A stretch of DNA of 64,000 nucleotides. Origin: Huintestinicola sp. (GTDB taxonomy: Bacteria > Bacillota > Clostridia > Oscillospirales > Ruminococcaceae). Below are positions 9,801-18,744 of this stretch, piece after piece; positions within the stretch are counted from its first letter, which is position 1, and each line of letters opens with the position of its first letter. The notes beneath the pieces were generated by a model. That model made no database searches, was not told the origin of the DNA, and saw only the letters and a program-made list of their open reading frames with translations. Location of the stretch: the NCBI GenBank assembly GCA_051882495.1, contig JBJERX010000108.1:16291-80290 (forward strand), given 5' to 3'. The position numbers and the translations under genes are program-made.

Positions 9801-9978
9801 TCTGCCTGTCGGCTTCGGCAATGATGCTGCTTTTGTCTCCCGGCGAATAGCTTGCGAGTATATCGTCAAGGGACATGGAGGATGTACCTGCGGCATTGAT
9901 TGATCCCGTATCCGCAGGCTTTTTGGGGGATGAATATTCATTCAGGATATCATCAAGGGAGAATTTTCCGTCAGCCAA
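6814..9978 (-). CDS. Membrane protein: long disordered N-terminus plus degenerate P1B-type ATPase-like C-terminal half
   Basis: GAIIGYDSIEEFADTNSIMADASQLF aligns with GILIKGGEALE..VVFDKTGTL; CSC at the CPC position; SVD at the TGD position; no GDGxND; multiple TM helices. Confidence 0.7.
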   Translation of the reverse strand: MADGKFSLDDILNEYSSPKKPADTGSINAAGTSSMSLDDILASYSPGDKSSIIAEADRQTSEKQQAEDEAKKRRQVDYEILSGDYERKYMPDELKTSAELAAERAEKASEYVIRHEKSEPPLMTDLPEVTMPSAGIFGEMQHMKPPAQAPLPEDKPSASAEEPVHRKHDEAGTGEAHTHTQPAPREEISEDKHGKKKVKLRPVKNRFSDDFRDLNIKGIHTADDDDDDFEKKYGSSPLFVESDIAKLDNIKPIKIPFEHDEPLGHSFSEKLEMDDFYSDKYSTGHETSKPKKVTVQPVQKQKPQRSAPLPKPAANPLDKYSAADDVDNIISEYENRKGINSMKRGETSPIRGFTDMFNKLLAKEESEDDMSATGNSELLESIRKLRKSAPANAAPIERKTISDIDLDLSDKMIQDTSQIKLDKNKAELEKLSALKERRSDVVKNFVLMGEEEENTEEEEAQVRAEDGLEDFESLIDAPAIQEHLDGQSSKLVVRLLLLIISFLITAYIALANDLNMPIIDSLSIINKHTQPDVFMFINSVVGVFAGFISYQTVANGMSKLVSFKADCDTLSALSLIASLATSMITLSNSNMVRGSFVYIYTPVAIGALIFNTVGKLLIISRTKRSFKFVSGDNDRYALFIVDDEEKAQDFTHGSLMDFPVLAAMQKTETITDFLKTSYASDNADRFCKIVSPIIFIAAALIGVLAGFIGRSEHGSLGGFCMGLSAFSCCISMCSCFAMMIVVNMPMNKASKKYAENQGAIIGYDSIEEFADTNSIMADASQLFPAGSINLKNIKAFPDTSIDEAIVQAASLTSQSGSILKYMFYDIIVGKTEMLNPVESYMYEDSMGLCGWINNKRVLLGNRELMANHSIEGLPSAAKEHEYTEGDKIAVYLSISGQLSAMFIVELTPSYQIKQALKQLEKNRISVMVRSVDSMISVNRLSEMFDVAPSTFRIIPFRIHPQYEKTVEYVAKRPATLACSGKFAAFANLILGSNRLRGTISGGLIMQAASILLGILLTLTMVLINSLPELTVTKVLLYNFLFVIVFYVYQMFRKV

Positions 9979-10061
9979 TTCTGTTCCTCCTTGTAATTAG
10001 TATAGAAAAAGCTTTTGGGGCAGTGCCGCACAAAGCTTCTGTGCGTGCTGCAGGGTCAGTA

Positions 10062-11045
10062 TTATTCCGCACTGCGCTGTCTTACGGCTTCGTACATGAA
10101 TATACCTGCCGCAACGGAAGCGTTCAGTGATGTTATCCTGCCGTTCATGGGGAGCTTCACAAGGTGATCGCACTTATCACGGATAAGTCTGCCCATGCCG
10201 AAGCCCTCGGAGCCTATCACCAGAGCAATGCTGCCCGTAAATTCGGTATCGGTATATGCGGCACCCGAAGCGTCTGTACCGTATATCCATACTCCGTTTT
10301 CCTTAAGAGTGTCGATAGCGGCAGCAAGATTTGAAACTCTTGCAACGGGCAGCCAGCTTGCAGCACCTGCAGAGGTCTTGTATACTGTTGCGTTGAGAGA
10401 AGCACTTCTTCTCTTGGGAATAATTATCCCGTCTGCCCCTGCTGCCTCCGCTGTACGGATGATAGCACCAAGGTTATGGGGATCCTCGATCTCATCACAG
10501 ATTATGATAAAAGGCTTTGTACCTTTTTCTGCCGAAACTGCAAGAATGTCCTCAACAGAAACATATTCCGCACAGGCACCGGAAGCGATGACTCCCTGGT
10601 GAGATGCCCCACGGCACATAGCTGTAAGCTTTGCGTCGCTGACATTCTTGATAACAATGCCTTTATCCTTTGCCATGCGGGTTATCATCCCGATGCTGCC
10701 CCCTGCTTCACTGTTCACATAGAGGGTGTCGATAGCCTTTCCCGCCTTGAGAGCCTCGATAACAGGATTTTTTCCCACGATAAGTCCGTACTCATCGCAT
10801 TCCTCCATATCAGGAAGAGCGGGAGATGTATTGCTGCGTTCATAGCCTTCGTTTTCACTGTAGCCGTCATTTCTGCCGGGTCGGCTGTCGTATCTGTTAT
10901 CGGGTCTGCCCTTATCATATCTTACCTTGTCGGAGCGGGAATAGGAATTTCTGTCATTCCTGCCGCCTTTCCTGTTACGGCTGTCCTGTCTGTTTCCTGA
11001 TGAATATCCGCTGTTTCTGCTGCGGTTATCATATTTCTGTGCCAT
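10062..11045 (-). CDS. rlmB: 23S rRNA (Gm2251) 2'-O-methyltransferase RlmB with N-terminal low-complexity extension
   Basis: HQGV, EIEDPHNLGAIIRTA, GSEGFG and SLNASVAAG SPOUT motifs; start moved to MAQKYD (ATG at 11045). Confidence 0.9.
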   Translation of the reverse strand: MAQKYDNRSRNSGYSSGNRQDSRNRKGGRNDRNSYSRSDKVRYDKGRPDNRYDSRPGRNDGYSENEGYERSNTSPALPDMEECDEYGLIVGKNPVIEALKAGKAIDTLYVNSEAGGSIGMITRMAKDKGIVIKNVSDAKLTAMCRGASHQGVIASGACAEYVSVEDILAVSAEKGTKPFIIICDEIEDPHNLGAIIRTAEAAGADGIIIPKRRSASLNATVYKTSAGAASWLPVARVSNLAAAIDTLKENGVWIYGTDASGAAYTDTEFTGSIALVIGSEGFGMGRLIRDKCDHLVKLPMNGRITSLNASVAAGIFMYEAVRQRSAE

Positions 11046-11115
11046 ATAATTTATTCCTTTCGGCACCGCATTTATGCGGTATCGCCTGAATTTAGTCATA
11101 GTTACATATAATATC

Positions 11116-11144
11116 ATTATACTACAAAGCTGAGAACTTTGCAA
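11116..11144 (-). promoter_or_regulatory. Sigma-A-type promoter of rlmB
   Basis: Minus strand TTGCAA-17 bp-TATAAT. Confidence 0.6.
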
Positions 11145-11194
11145 TAGTGATATATACTAAATAACAAAGCTTTTGGACATCGTTATTTGCATAT

Positions 11195-11764
11195 CTATTT
11201 CCGTGATATCGCCCAGCCGAATACACATCCGCATCCGCCGCCGATTATATGAGCCATCTGGGAGATATTATCCTGCACAAACAAACCGTCAAGTATCTCT
11301 CCTCCAAGATAGAACAGTGCCACAAAAACAAAGGTCAGTGGCAGCTGACCGCTTGAATTGTTGGCAAAGGAGCTGAGCAGAATGAGCATAAATGCGATGC
11401 CGCTTGCTCCCAGCAGTCCTGTGGGGAAGAAGATCACATTGATAAGTCCTGTGATAAGTGCGGTGAACAGTATCATCAGCAGGAGCTTTTTGCTGCCGTA
11501 TTTTTCTTCAAGCATAGGCCCTACAAGCAGGATTATCATGAAGTTCCCCACGAAATGGTCGATGCCGCTGTGACCGATAACATGACCGAACAGACGAAAG
11601 TAAAACAGCGGGTCGCTCAGGGGAGCACGGTACACGGAAAAAAGCAGCATATTCGTTTTTCCGCCTGTGATAAGATCAAGTATCAGAGCAGCGAATGCAA
11701 TGATCGCATAGGTAAGTATAACGGGGGAATTGTAGCTGAGCCTCGGAAGCGTGAGCTTTTTCAT
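11195..11764 (-). CDS. Rhomboid-family intramembrane serine protease
   Basis: Catalytic GASG and AHIIGG motifs, GHSGIDHFVGN, six TM segments. Confidence 0.88.
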   Translation of the reverse strand: MKKLTLPRLSYNSPVILTYAIIAFAALILDLITGGKTNMLLFSVYRAPLSDPLFYFRLFGHVIGHSGIDHFVGNFMIILLVGPMLEEKYGSKKLLLMILFTALITGLINVIFFPTGLLGASGIAFMLILLSSFANNSSGQLPLTFVFVALFYLGGEILDGLFVQDNISQMAHIIGGGCGCVFGWAISRK

Positions 11765-11781
11765 AACATCATCCTTTTAAA

Positions 11782-13302
11782 TCAGTATCCGAATCTTTCA
11801 CGGAGCAGCTCCTCCACCTCGTCAATGGGGAGACCTCTTACACGATGGGAGCCGGTGTATTCGGAATTTGTGTATACTATAACATCGCAGGAGCGGTTCA
11901 TACGCTGGAAGGGCGTCCTTGCAACAGCAATCTGTGATACTCTTTCAAGGGGGACGGTCACTGTGTGGAACTGATATCCTGTGCAGTATTTGATGCATAC
12001 ATTGCCCTTGACGATATTCATGCCGTTGGTGCAGTATGAGCCTGCCTTGACGAACAGCAGCCATACGGAGGGTATCTCGGCAAGTACAGTCAGGAAAAAT
12101 ATGAGCCTGTACCATTCATGAAAGAATACAGCCGCAGTGAATCCCAGGAGTATCACGGCGAAAACAAGCAGTGCGGGAGGACCTATGAACCGTCCGATAT
12201 AGCTTATTGCAGGGGAGATGAAGCCCTCCGAGAGATGGAAGCCCGGGAGCAGCATTTCCATTACATTTGCGGGTCTGTCTCCGCTTTGCTTGCCGTAAAG
12301 GCTTTTCAGACCGCATATGGGGACGAACACGGGAAGCTCGTTTTTCTGCTTGCCGTAGCCTGTGCAGCTGATGTGAACGGAAGTCACTCCGAAAAGCTTC
12401 ATCAGCAGATTCTGACGCATATCGGCATAGTTGATGTGGTTTCCGGTAATGAAATACATCCTTTTGACGAAAAGTCCCGATGTAATGATAATAAAGCCGC
12501 CGTGCCGTTCAACGGTGAAATTGATATGCCTGAGGAGGTTGGCTGCAAAGGATATAAGGAATCCTGCACCTATGATAAGGGATATGGTTATTCCCGTGGG
12601 AGGGATGCCCTTCACAAGCCGTGCAACAGTATCGGTAACATCGATGACGGCAGCCATAAGCTGATTCTCAAGGGTATCACCGATAATTTTACCGCTCTGA
12701 GTAAAGAATGTGCCCAGAAGCAGGGTCCCCGATAATGCGGAGGAAAAGAGGAAGGAGAAAACCACAAGGGTCCTCTTTGAAACACGGTAGGCGTAATTGA
12801 AGCCCTTGCTTCTGACAACGCTGCCCACGGGAGGCGTTCTGCCTGCAGTCTCCGCAAGGAGATTGAAAAGAGCGGCTCTGTCCTGCTTGGTTACGGTGAG
12901 CTTTGCGTCGGGATCCTTTTTCCGTCCTGCTTTTGCGTCTGTGTCAATATACAGCTTGACAGCATTCGTCCTTGATAGAATGGGATCTGTTTCCGATGTA
13001 ACTGCACTTACATATTCCGGAGGTATCCTTCTTACTCTGCGTACTGCAAAGCCTGTATCAATATAAATCCCGTCATCCTTGAAAAGGAATCGTGTAAAAT
13101 ACCATCTCCATACTGCTGCACCGAACATGACCGTGACCGCAAGTATATCCCATCCCGCACCCTCAGCCCAGCGGTAAAAATCAAAGCTGAAAGCAACCAG
13201 TCCTCGTATAAGAGGAATGAGCAGCAGCCAGAAATTACGGGAGGTATATCCGATTATGGCCATAGGATGCTGACGCTTTCCCTGTTTTTCGGGTAATAAC
13301 AT
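11782..13302 (-). CDS. YdbT-like membrane protein with bacterial PH domains
   Basis: 506 aa; three TM-hairpin plus bPH_2-like repeats (GFAVRRVRRIP, GLFVKRMYFI..INYADMRQNLLMKLFG, TVPLERVSQIAVARTPFQR). Confidence 0.75.
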   Translation of the reverse strand: MLLPEKQGKRQHPMAIIGYTSRNFWLLLIPLIRGLVAFSFDFYRWAEGAGWDILAVTVMFGAAVWRWYFTRFLFKDDGIYIDTGFAVRRVRRIPPEYVSAVTSETDPILSRTNAVKLYIDTDAKAGRKKDPDAKLTVTKQDRAALFNLLAETAGRTPPVGSVVRSKGFNYAYRVSKRTLVVFSFLFSSALSGTLLLGTFFTQSGKIIGDTLENQLMAAVIDVTDTVARLVKGIPPTGITISLIIGAGFLISFAANLLRHINFTVERHGGFIIITSGLFVKRMYFITGNHINYADMRQNLLMKLFGVTSVHISCTGYGKQKNELPVFVPICGLKSLYGKQSGDRPANVMEMLLPGFHLSEGFISPAISYIGRFIGPPALLVFAVILLGFTAAVFFHEWYRLIFFLTVLAEIPSVWLLFVKAGSYCTNGMNIVKGNVCIKYCTGYQFHTVTVPLERVSQIAVARTPFQRMNRSCDVIVYTNSEYTGSHRVRGLPIDEVEELLRERFGY

Positions 13303-13354
13303 GATCTTCCGTTCCTTTCTGCGTGCCGGCTGCGGGCATTATTTTATCATCAGA

Positions 13355-14149
13355 TCATCCGTTCTGCCTGTGAGTAGGCTTCATCTCGGATATATCGCTG
13401 AAGGACAGCTGCTCACCCTGTTCATCCTCTGACATATCCTCGGGGAATGACAGCTGTACGTATCCTCCGTCGGAATTGTCCGAATAGGAGGATGTATATG
13501 AGTATGCTCCCCTGTCATAATCGTTTGAAACAGGCAGATCGCTGACAGGATTTGCCTCAATGATCTTCTTCGCACGGTTAGAATATCCGTCAAGGACCTC
13601 CTGCTTTTTGTTGCGGGGAGCAGAAAGCATGCTTTTGCCGTCGATCAGCTTCATGACCCTGCGGCTGTCCTTGTCCGAAAGGAACATAAGCACTATCCGT
13701 CCCCCCAGGGCATTGATAGTTATGAAGTTGAAGCCCGTGAATTTCGATAAGGGCATGGATACATATGAGCTGCTCTGTACTGCAGAAAGCTTCATGATGC
13801 GGTGAGTTGTGGAGATAAGCCCTGTGTGAGTGATTATCTCAGAATCGGTGATAGTGTATCGTATCCTCTTGTACCACATAGGAAGCAGGATAAGAATGAA
13901 TATAACATAAACGGCAGCAAAAAGTATCATAAAGAAAATAATGACCTTTTCGGGGAGCGTTATGGTGCTTTCGGGGATATACTGAGGGAATTTGTCGTCG
14001 ATATACTGTCTGAGGAAATCCAGGGCTTTGATGATGATGACAGTAACCACTAATGCAGCTGCCGACAAAAAATGCTTGCCGCGGACATCCGATGTAAAGG
14101 TCTCGTTCACCAGAACTTCTCCTTTCTGAACGTATTTTTTGATATACAC
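13355..14149 (-). CDS. YdbS-like membrane PH-domain protein with acidic C-terminal tail
   Basis: Two TMs then WYKRIRYTITDSEIITHTGLISTTHRIMKLSAVQ (bPH_2 pattern); adjacent to the YdbT-like gene. Confidence 0.7.
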   Translation of the reverse strand: MYIKKYVQKGEVLVNETFTSDVRGKHFLSAAALVVTVIIIKALDFLRQYIDDKFPQYIPESTITLPEKVIIFFMILFAAVYVIFILILLPMWYKRIRYTITDSEIITHTGLISTTHRIMKLSAVQSSSYVSMPLSKFTGFNFITINALGGRIVLMFLSDKDSRRVMKLIDGKSMLSAPRNKKQEVLDGYSNRAKKIIEANPVSDLPVSNDYDRGAYSYTSSYSDNSDGGYVQLSFPEDMSEDEQGEQLSFSDISEMKPTHRQNG

Positions 14150-14252
14150 ATCTATTATAACATATTTTGATAAGTATTACAAGTAATTTTTTCATATGGA
14201 GCTGATACCGTGATAATTCTGTCTTTATCCATATATCAGCGGGCTATTAATA

Positions 14253-14412
14253 ATACTAATTCCAAATCAACCTATAGACAAATCCTCGGATATAATGATC
14301 CAATTCTGCGTCAAGCTCCCTTGCCGGGCAGCAAGCCCGCCTGCGGTCGCTTTCCTTGACTTGGATTATTCTATCTGTCGGCTTTGTCTATAGAACGATT
14401 TGGAATTAGTAT
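14253..14412. repeat. 160-bp palindromic MITE/REP-like element, copy 1
   Basis: 30-bp imperfect terminal inverted repeat ATACTAATTCCAAATC-aac/gtt-CTATAGACAAA; core shared with 18745-18905. Confidence 0.85.
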
Positions 14413-14469
14413 AACTTGCCAAAAAATACGGCAAATTTATATGAAATATCGGAAAATTACATTTTTCTA

Positions 14470-14498
14470 TTGTAATTTCAAAAAAAAGGGTGTATAAT
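14470..14498 (+). promoter_or_regulatory. Sigma-A-type promoter of the DHH gene
   Basis: TTGTAA-17 bp-TATAAT. Confidence 0.55.
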
Positions 14499-14535
14499 AA
14501 ACTTAAGTATTAAGAAAATAAGGGGCTGTTTACAT

Positions 14536-15465
14536 ATGAGACTTGTTACGCGTTCTGACTTTGACGGACTTGCCTGCGGTGCACTCCTCAAGGATGTAGG
14601 GATTATCGATCACTGGAAATTTGCTCATCCTAAGGATCTTCAGGACGGTCTTATCGAAATTACCGAGAATGATTGTCTTGCCAATGTTCCTTTCGTTGAG
14701 GGATGCGGTCTGTGGTTCGACCACCACTCCAGCGAGCACGAGAGAAACGAGCTTAAGGGCAAGTATAAGGGCGAAAGCCGCATTACTCCTTCCTGTGCAC
14801 GAATTATTTATGATTATTACGGAGGCAAGGAGAGATTCTCCCACTACGATGACATGATGGAAGCCGTTGATAAGGTTGACTCAGGAAATCTTACCAGAGA
14901 AGAGATACTCCACCCCGAGGGCTGGATACTTATCGGTTTCCTTATGGACCCCAGAACAGGTCTGGGAAGATGGAGAAATTTCACCATCTCCAATTATCAG
15001 CTCATGGAAAAGCTCATTGACTGCTGCCGTACCATGACCACTGAGGAGATCCTTTCTCTCCCCGATGTTAAGGAGAGAATAGATGTTTACAACGAGCAGA
15101 CTGAAAAGTTCATTGAAATGGTAAGGGCTCATACACGTGTTGAAAGGGATGTTATCATCACCGATCTCCGAGGGGTCGACCCCATCTACAGCGGCAACAG
15201 ATTCCTTATCTACAGCCTCTATCCCGAGCAGAACATTTCTGCGTGGATCGTCAGCGGACGAGGCGGCGAGGGATGCTCCTGTGCCTGCGGATATTCTGTC
15301 CTTAACAGAACCTCCAATGTTAACGTGGGCAGCCTTATGCTGAAATACGGCGGCGGCGGACACAAGGCAGTGGGTACATGCCAGTTCAGCAGCGAAACAA
15401 TGGCGGAGAAGGTTCCCCAGCTTCTTGATGAGCTTGTAAACTACGATAAGTATTACAACGTTTAA
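14536..15465 (+). CDS. DHH/DHHA1 phosphoesterase (exopolyphosphatase-related, oligoribonuclease-like)
   Basis: TRSDFDG, WFDHH and C-terminal YGGGGHKAVG motifs. Confidence 0.85.
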   Translation: MRLVTRSDFDGLACGALLKDVGIIDHWKFAHPKDLQDGLIEITENDCLANVPFVEGCGLWFDHHSSEHERNELKGKYKGESRITPSCARIIYDYYGGKERFSHYDDMMEAVDKVDSGNLTREEILHPEGWILIGFLMDPRTGLGRWRNFTISNYQLMEKLIDCCRTMTTEEILSLPDVKERIDVYNEQTEKFIEMVRAHTRVERDVIITDLRGVDPIYSGNRFLIYSLYPEQNISAWIVSGRGGEGCSCACGYSVLNRTSNVNVGSLMLKYGGGGHKAVGTCQFSSETMAEKVPQLLDELVNYDKYYNV

Positions 15466-15503
15466 TACTAATCCCCCTTTATCTATTAAAGGGGGATTAG
15501 TAT
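15465..15503. terminator. 17-bp perfect hairpin with the same ATACTAAT/ATTAGTAT ends as the 160-bp element
   Basis: atactaatcccccttta-tctat-taaagggggattagtat immediately after the stop codon. Confidence 0.6.
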
Positions 15504-15540
15504 AATTATACAGTCACCTATAGAAACCATATGAAAAACT

Positions 15541-15572
15541 ATCCCGTACAGCGGCTTTCTGCTGTACGGGAT
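15541..15572. terminator. Bidirectional intrinsic terminator
   Basis: atcccgtacagc-8 nt-gctgtacgggat flanked by A and T tracts. Confidence 0.7.
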
Positions 15573-15589
15573 TTTTGCATGTCATGGGA

Positions 15590-15796
15590 TCACTTGCCTG
15601 TTCGCTGCTCCGGGAAGCAGCTGTCCTCCTGATGAAGCTCTGCAGGGGATCTCGTTATCTCATGGGGGTCTCCCATAGCGGCAAAGGGGGCAAACTGGGC
15701 AGCTCTGTCCGATGCCGGCAGAGGAGGGTGGTTACAGGATGTGTGATGGGGAAGATCAATGATATGGTCATACCTCCCTGTATTCTTTCCGAGCAT
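15590..15796 (-). CDS. Short (68 aa) YolD-like N-terminal-motif protein
   Basis: YDHIIDLPHH..HPPL..SDRAAQFAPFAA matches the recalled N-terminus of clostridial YolD-like proteins; GGGAGG RBS; own promoter and terminator. Confidence 0.65.
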   Translation of the reverse strand: MLGKNTGRYDHIIDLPHHTSCNHPPLPASDRAAQFAPFAAMGDPHEITRSPAELHQEDSCFPEQRTGK

Positions 15797-15825
15797 AACA
15801 GTCCTCCCTTTGCGGTTTTTCGGAT

Positions 15826-15854
15826 ATTATAACATGAGAGGGGGGATATGTCAA
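15826..15854 (-). promoter_or_regulatory. Perfect-consensus sigma-A promoter of the YolD-like gene
   Basis: Minus strand TTGACA-17 bp-TATAAT with TGn extension. Confidence 0.75.
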
Positions 15855-15908
15855 TCGGTATAACAAATAATTGTAACTTTTTTCCTATGAGAAAGAATAA
15901 AAATTGTA

Positions 15909-15937
15909 TTGTAAAACAGAAAGGTATATGATATAAT
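15909..15937 (+). promoter_or_regulatory. Sigma-A-type promoter of the ABC permease
   Basis: TTGTAA-17 bp-TATAAT with TGn extension. Confidence 0.6.
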
Positions 15938-15983
15938 ATATGTGTATAACTATAATTCATATAGTTAAGGAGCTGATTATATC

Positions 15984-18686
15984 TTGGCAAGATCCGGAAA
16001 TGGTTTTATAAAGACTGCATTCAGTATTGCCTCACGATTCTTAAAGCATCAGAAAAAGCATACCATCATGACCGTTATCGCCGTTATTCTCGCAACTGCA
16101 TTTATGACTGTCATGCTTACGGCAGTTTCTGTGTACAGTGAGACCTCCCTTAATATATCTAAAGTAAAAAACGGTACTTACGAGATAATATTCTCGGGGC
16201 TTTCAAAAGCGGATATGGTCACTGTCCGCAGTATGGATATATTCGATAAGACTGAGATCTACGGTGCTTCTGTGTATACAAGCCGTACCGATATCGACTT
16301 TGGCCAGTATCAGGATCCCGAAGCCCGGATGGAGTATCTTATCTGCAACGGCATGATCGTTGATGACTGGTTTATGCGTATCGACCCCGACAGCGTTACT
16401 ATGCTTCCCGAAAGCATGACGGCTGTTACCGAGGGACGTCTGCCCGCTGCTGACGGTGAGCTTGTCATTAACCTTACCTATGCCGATTCATGGGGAAATC
16501 CCGAGATAGGCGATACTGTTGAGCTTACCCTGCTTACCTGCGGCTCAAAGGACATCACCACAAAGGAGGGAACAGACCTTTCCGCTGTGCCTTCCGATAT
16601 AACCGATGTGTTCGGCGTGGAAAGTGCAGAGCCTGTAACTCTTACTGTTGTCGGCTATTCAGAGGGCTATAACATCGTCCACTACAGTGATACCCGTCTG
16701 AGATCATACACCATGGCTCAGGATAATCTTATTGCACACTTTGCAGATTTTACCAACGATCTTTACTGGGATCTCCACCATGCTTTCCAGGATAACGGCA
16801 TGGAGATAGATGATTATGACTACAGCTTCAATCAGGAGCTGCTCAATGCCGAGGGAAAGGGAGTTACGGCAAAGTATTATAAAGCCGTTTTCATGCTTCT
16901 GGTCTACCTTGTGGTAGTGTTCCTCATGTTCTGCGTAAGAATGGTTATCGACAATTCCTTTGAGATATCCTCAAAGGAGCGTGTTCAGCAGTTCGGTCTG
17001 CTTAAAGCTGTGGGAGCTTCATCAAAGCAGATATTTATCGTTACTGCCGCCGAGGGACTTATCCTTGCTGCCATAGGTGTGCCTGTGGGTACGGCAGCAG
17101 GCTATCTTGCGTCTGCGGGAGTGTTCTCGGCGATCTGCAGTATTGATGCACTTTCAATGATCTCATCGGCGTATGATCTCAGGGATATGCTGGTATTCAG
17201 CACGCCTCCTTACATTTTCATCTCATCTGTGGTGATCGGTGTTCTCTGGGTGCTGATATCCGCTGTGGGAACGGGAATGCGTGTTATCCGTGCAACACCT
17301 GTAGATGCTATGAGAATGGGCAGCCATAGGGAAAAATTTAAGATCTCAAGGTTCCGTCCCAAGGTAGGAACGGGCAGAGGCTTCATTACCGCATATGCGG
17401 GGCTGAATCTGAAGCGTAACAAAAAACGCTACATCATTACATTGGTTTCCATGACCATAAGCATGTGCTTATTCGCAGGCTTCTCTTATATGCTTGACCT
17501 TGCGGACACAAATCTCCGGAATGAATATGATTTCTCCAGACAGCCCTATCAGTTTTCTGTTAATCTCAGCGTGTTCGATTCCGCCTCCGAGGAGGAAGCG
17601 GTGTCAATGCTTTCCGATTCGGGACTATTTGAGGAGATACAGCGTGACAGTGAGATATACATGCTTGCAGATTCCGATGGGATGTTCGCTGACCCGAAGT
17701 ACCTTAGCAGCGGAAAGATACTCCTGTATATCCACCCTGTAAGCAAAGAGACCTACAACAAATACATCGCAGCGGGAAGCGGAGTATCCTATTCCGACAT
17801 TGAGGAAAATGAGGGTATACTTATCTGCCGTGACACCTACTCCGATGATAAAAGGCTCAAAAAGGAAACGGTGTTCGCATCCTCAGTGGCTGCTTCTGTT
17901 TCGGGAAGACCGGTCATTACATTCACATCCGATATTCTTGACAGGATCACTGTCCCGGTGATAGGCACCTATACTACCGACAATACAATGTATCAGTCCG
18001 TGGGCAGCAGCATTACAGCCATAGCTCCGGAAAGCGTGTATGATAAGCTGTTTGCCGACTGCGGATATATGGATAACAATACATCTGTATATGCTGCTCC
18101 GGACGGAGAGCTGTATTATCTTTACCGCCGTGATATTGCACTTAATGCTAAGCCGGGCAGCGAGGATGAGGCTCTTAATTTCCTCAAGCGTCATTTCTAT
18201 TCCTGCTACACGGACAATCTCACCGATGAAAGCTCAGCTCTGGCACTTCTCAGTACATTCAGGATAGCCGGTTACTTTATTATTGCGGTGCTGACGATGA
18301 TAGCGATCGTAAATATCGTGAATATCATCTCCACAAATGTCCTCAACAGGACTTCGGAGCTGGGGATGCTGAGAGCCTGCGGAATGTCCGACAAGCAGAT
18401 AATGTCTCTTGTAAGATACGAAAGCCTGTCATATGCAATGCTGTCGGCAATTTCCACAGTCCTTGTAATAGTGCTTATGGTGTTTGCGGTGCAGATACCC
18501 TTCAGATACGGTAAGGGTTACGTGGATGAAAATGACCTGACTGTTGCACTGTCGTACGTGGCACCTATGAAGTATGTAGCGATATCTGCAGCTGCAGCGT
18601 TTATAGTAGCTGCACTTGCGTCTGTTCTCCCCGCCAAGCGTATCATTGATACACCCATCGTTGAGACGATACGAAACATTGAATAA
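15984..18686 (+). CDS. FtsX/MacB-family ABC transporter permease with two FtsX domains
   Basis: 900 aa; ERVQQFGLLKAVGAS and NRTSELGMLRACGMS FtsX signatures; two large extracytoplasmic loops; TTG start. Confidence 0.88.
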   Translation: MARSGNGFIKTAFSIASRFLKHQKKHTIMTVIAVILATAFMTVMLTAVSVYSETSLNISKVKNGTYEIIFSGLSKADMVTVRSMDIFDKTEIYGASVYTSRTDIDFGQYQDPEARMEYLICNGMIVDDWFMRIDPDSVTMLPESMTAVTEGRLPAADGELVINLTYADSWGNPEIGDTVELTLLTCGSKDITTKEGTDLSAVPSDITDVFGVESAEPVTLTVVGYSEGYNIVHYSDTRLRSYTMAQDNLIAHFADFTNDLYWDLHHAFQDNGMEIDDYDYSFNQELLNAEGKGVTAKYYKAVFMLLVYLVVVFLMFCVRMVIDNSFEISSKERVQQFGLLKAVGASSKQIFIVTAAEGLILAAIGVPVGTAAGYLASAGVFSAICSIDALSMISSAYDLRDMLVFSTPPYIFISSVVIGVLWVLISAVGTGMRVIRATPVDAMRMGSHREKFKISRFRPKVGTGRGFITAYAGLNLKRNKKRYIITLVSMTISMCLFAGFSYMLDLADTNLRNEYDFSRQPYQFSVNLSVFDSASEEEAVSMLSDSGLFEEIQRDSEIYMLADSDGMFADPKYLSSGKILLYIHPVSKETYNKYIAAGSGVSYSDIEENEGILICRDTYSDDKRLKKETVFASSVAASVSGRPVITFTSDILDRITVPVIGTYTTDNTMYQSVGSSITAIAPESVYDKLFADCGYMDNNTSVYAAPDGELYYLYRRDIALNAKPGSEDEALNFLKRHFYSCYTDNLTDESSALALLSTFRIAGYFIIAVLTMIAIVNIVNIISTNVLNRTSELGMLRACGMSDKQIMSLVRYESLSYAMLSAISTVLVIVLMVFAVQIPFRYGKGYVDENDLTVALSYVAPMKYVAISAAAAFIVAALASVLPAKRIIDTPIVETIRNIE

Positions 18687-18744
18687 TTAAGGAACCTGAA
18701 TAAATCATGCCTAAAGGGTCGGCACGCATCTTGCCTGCAGATTT

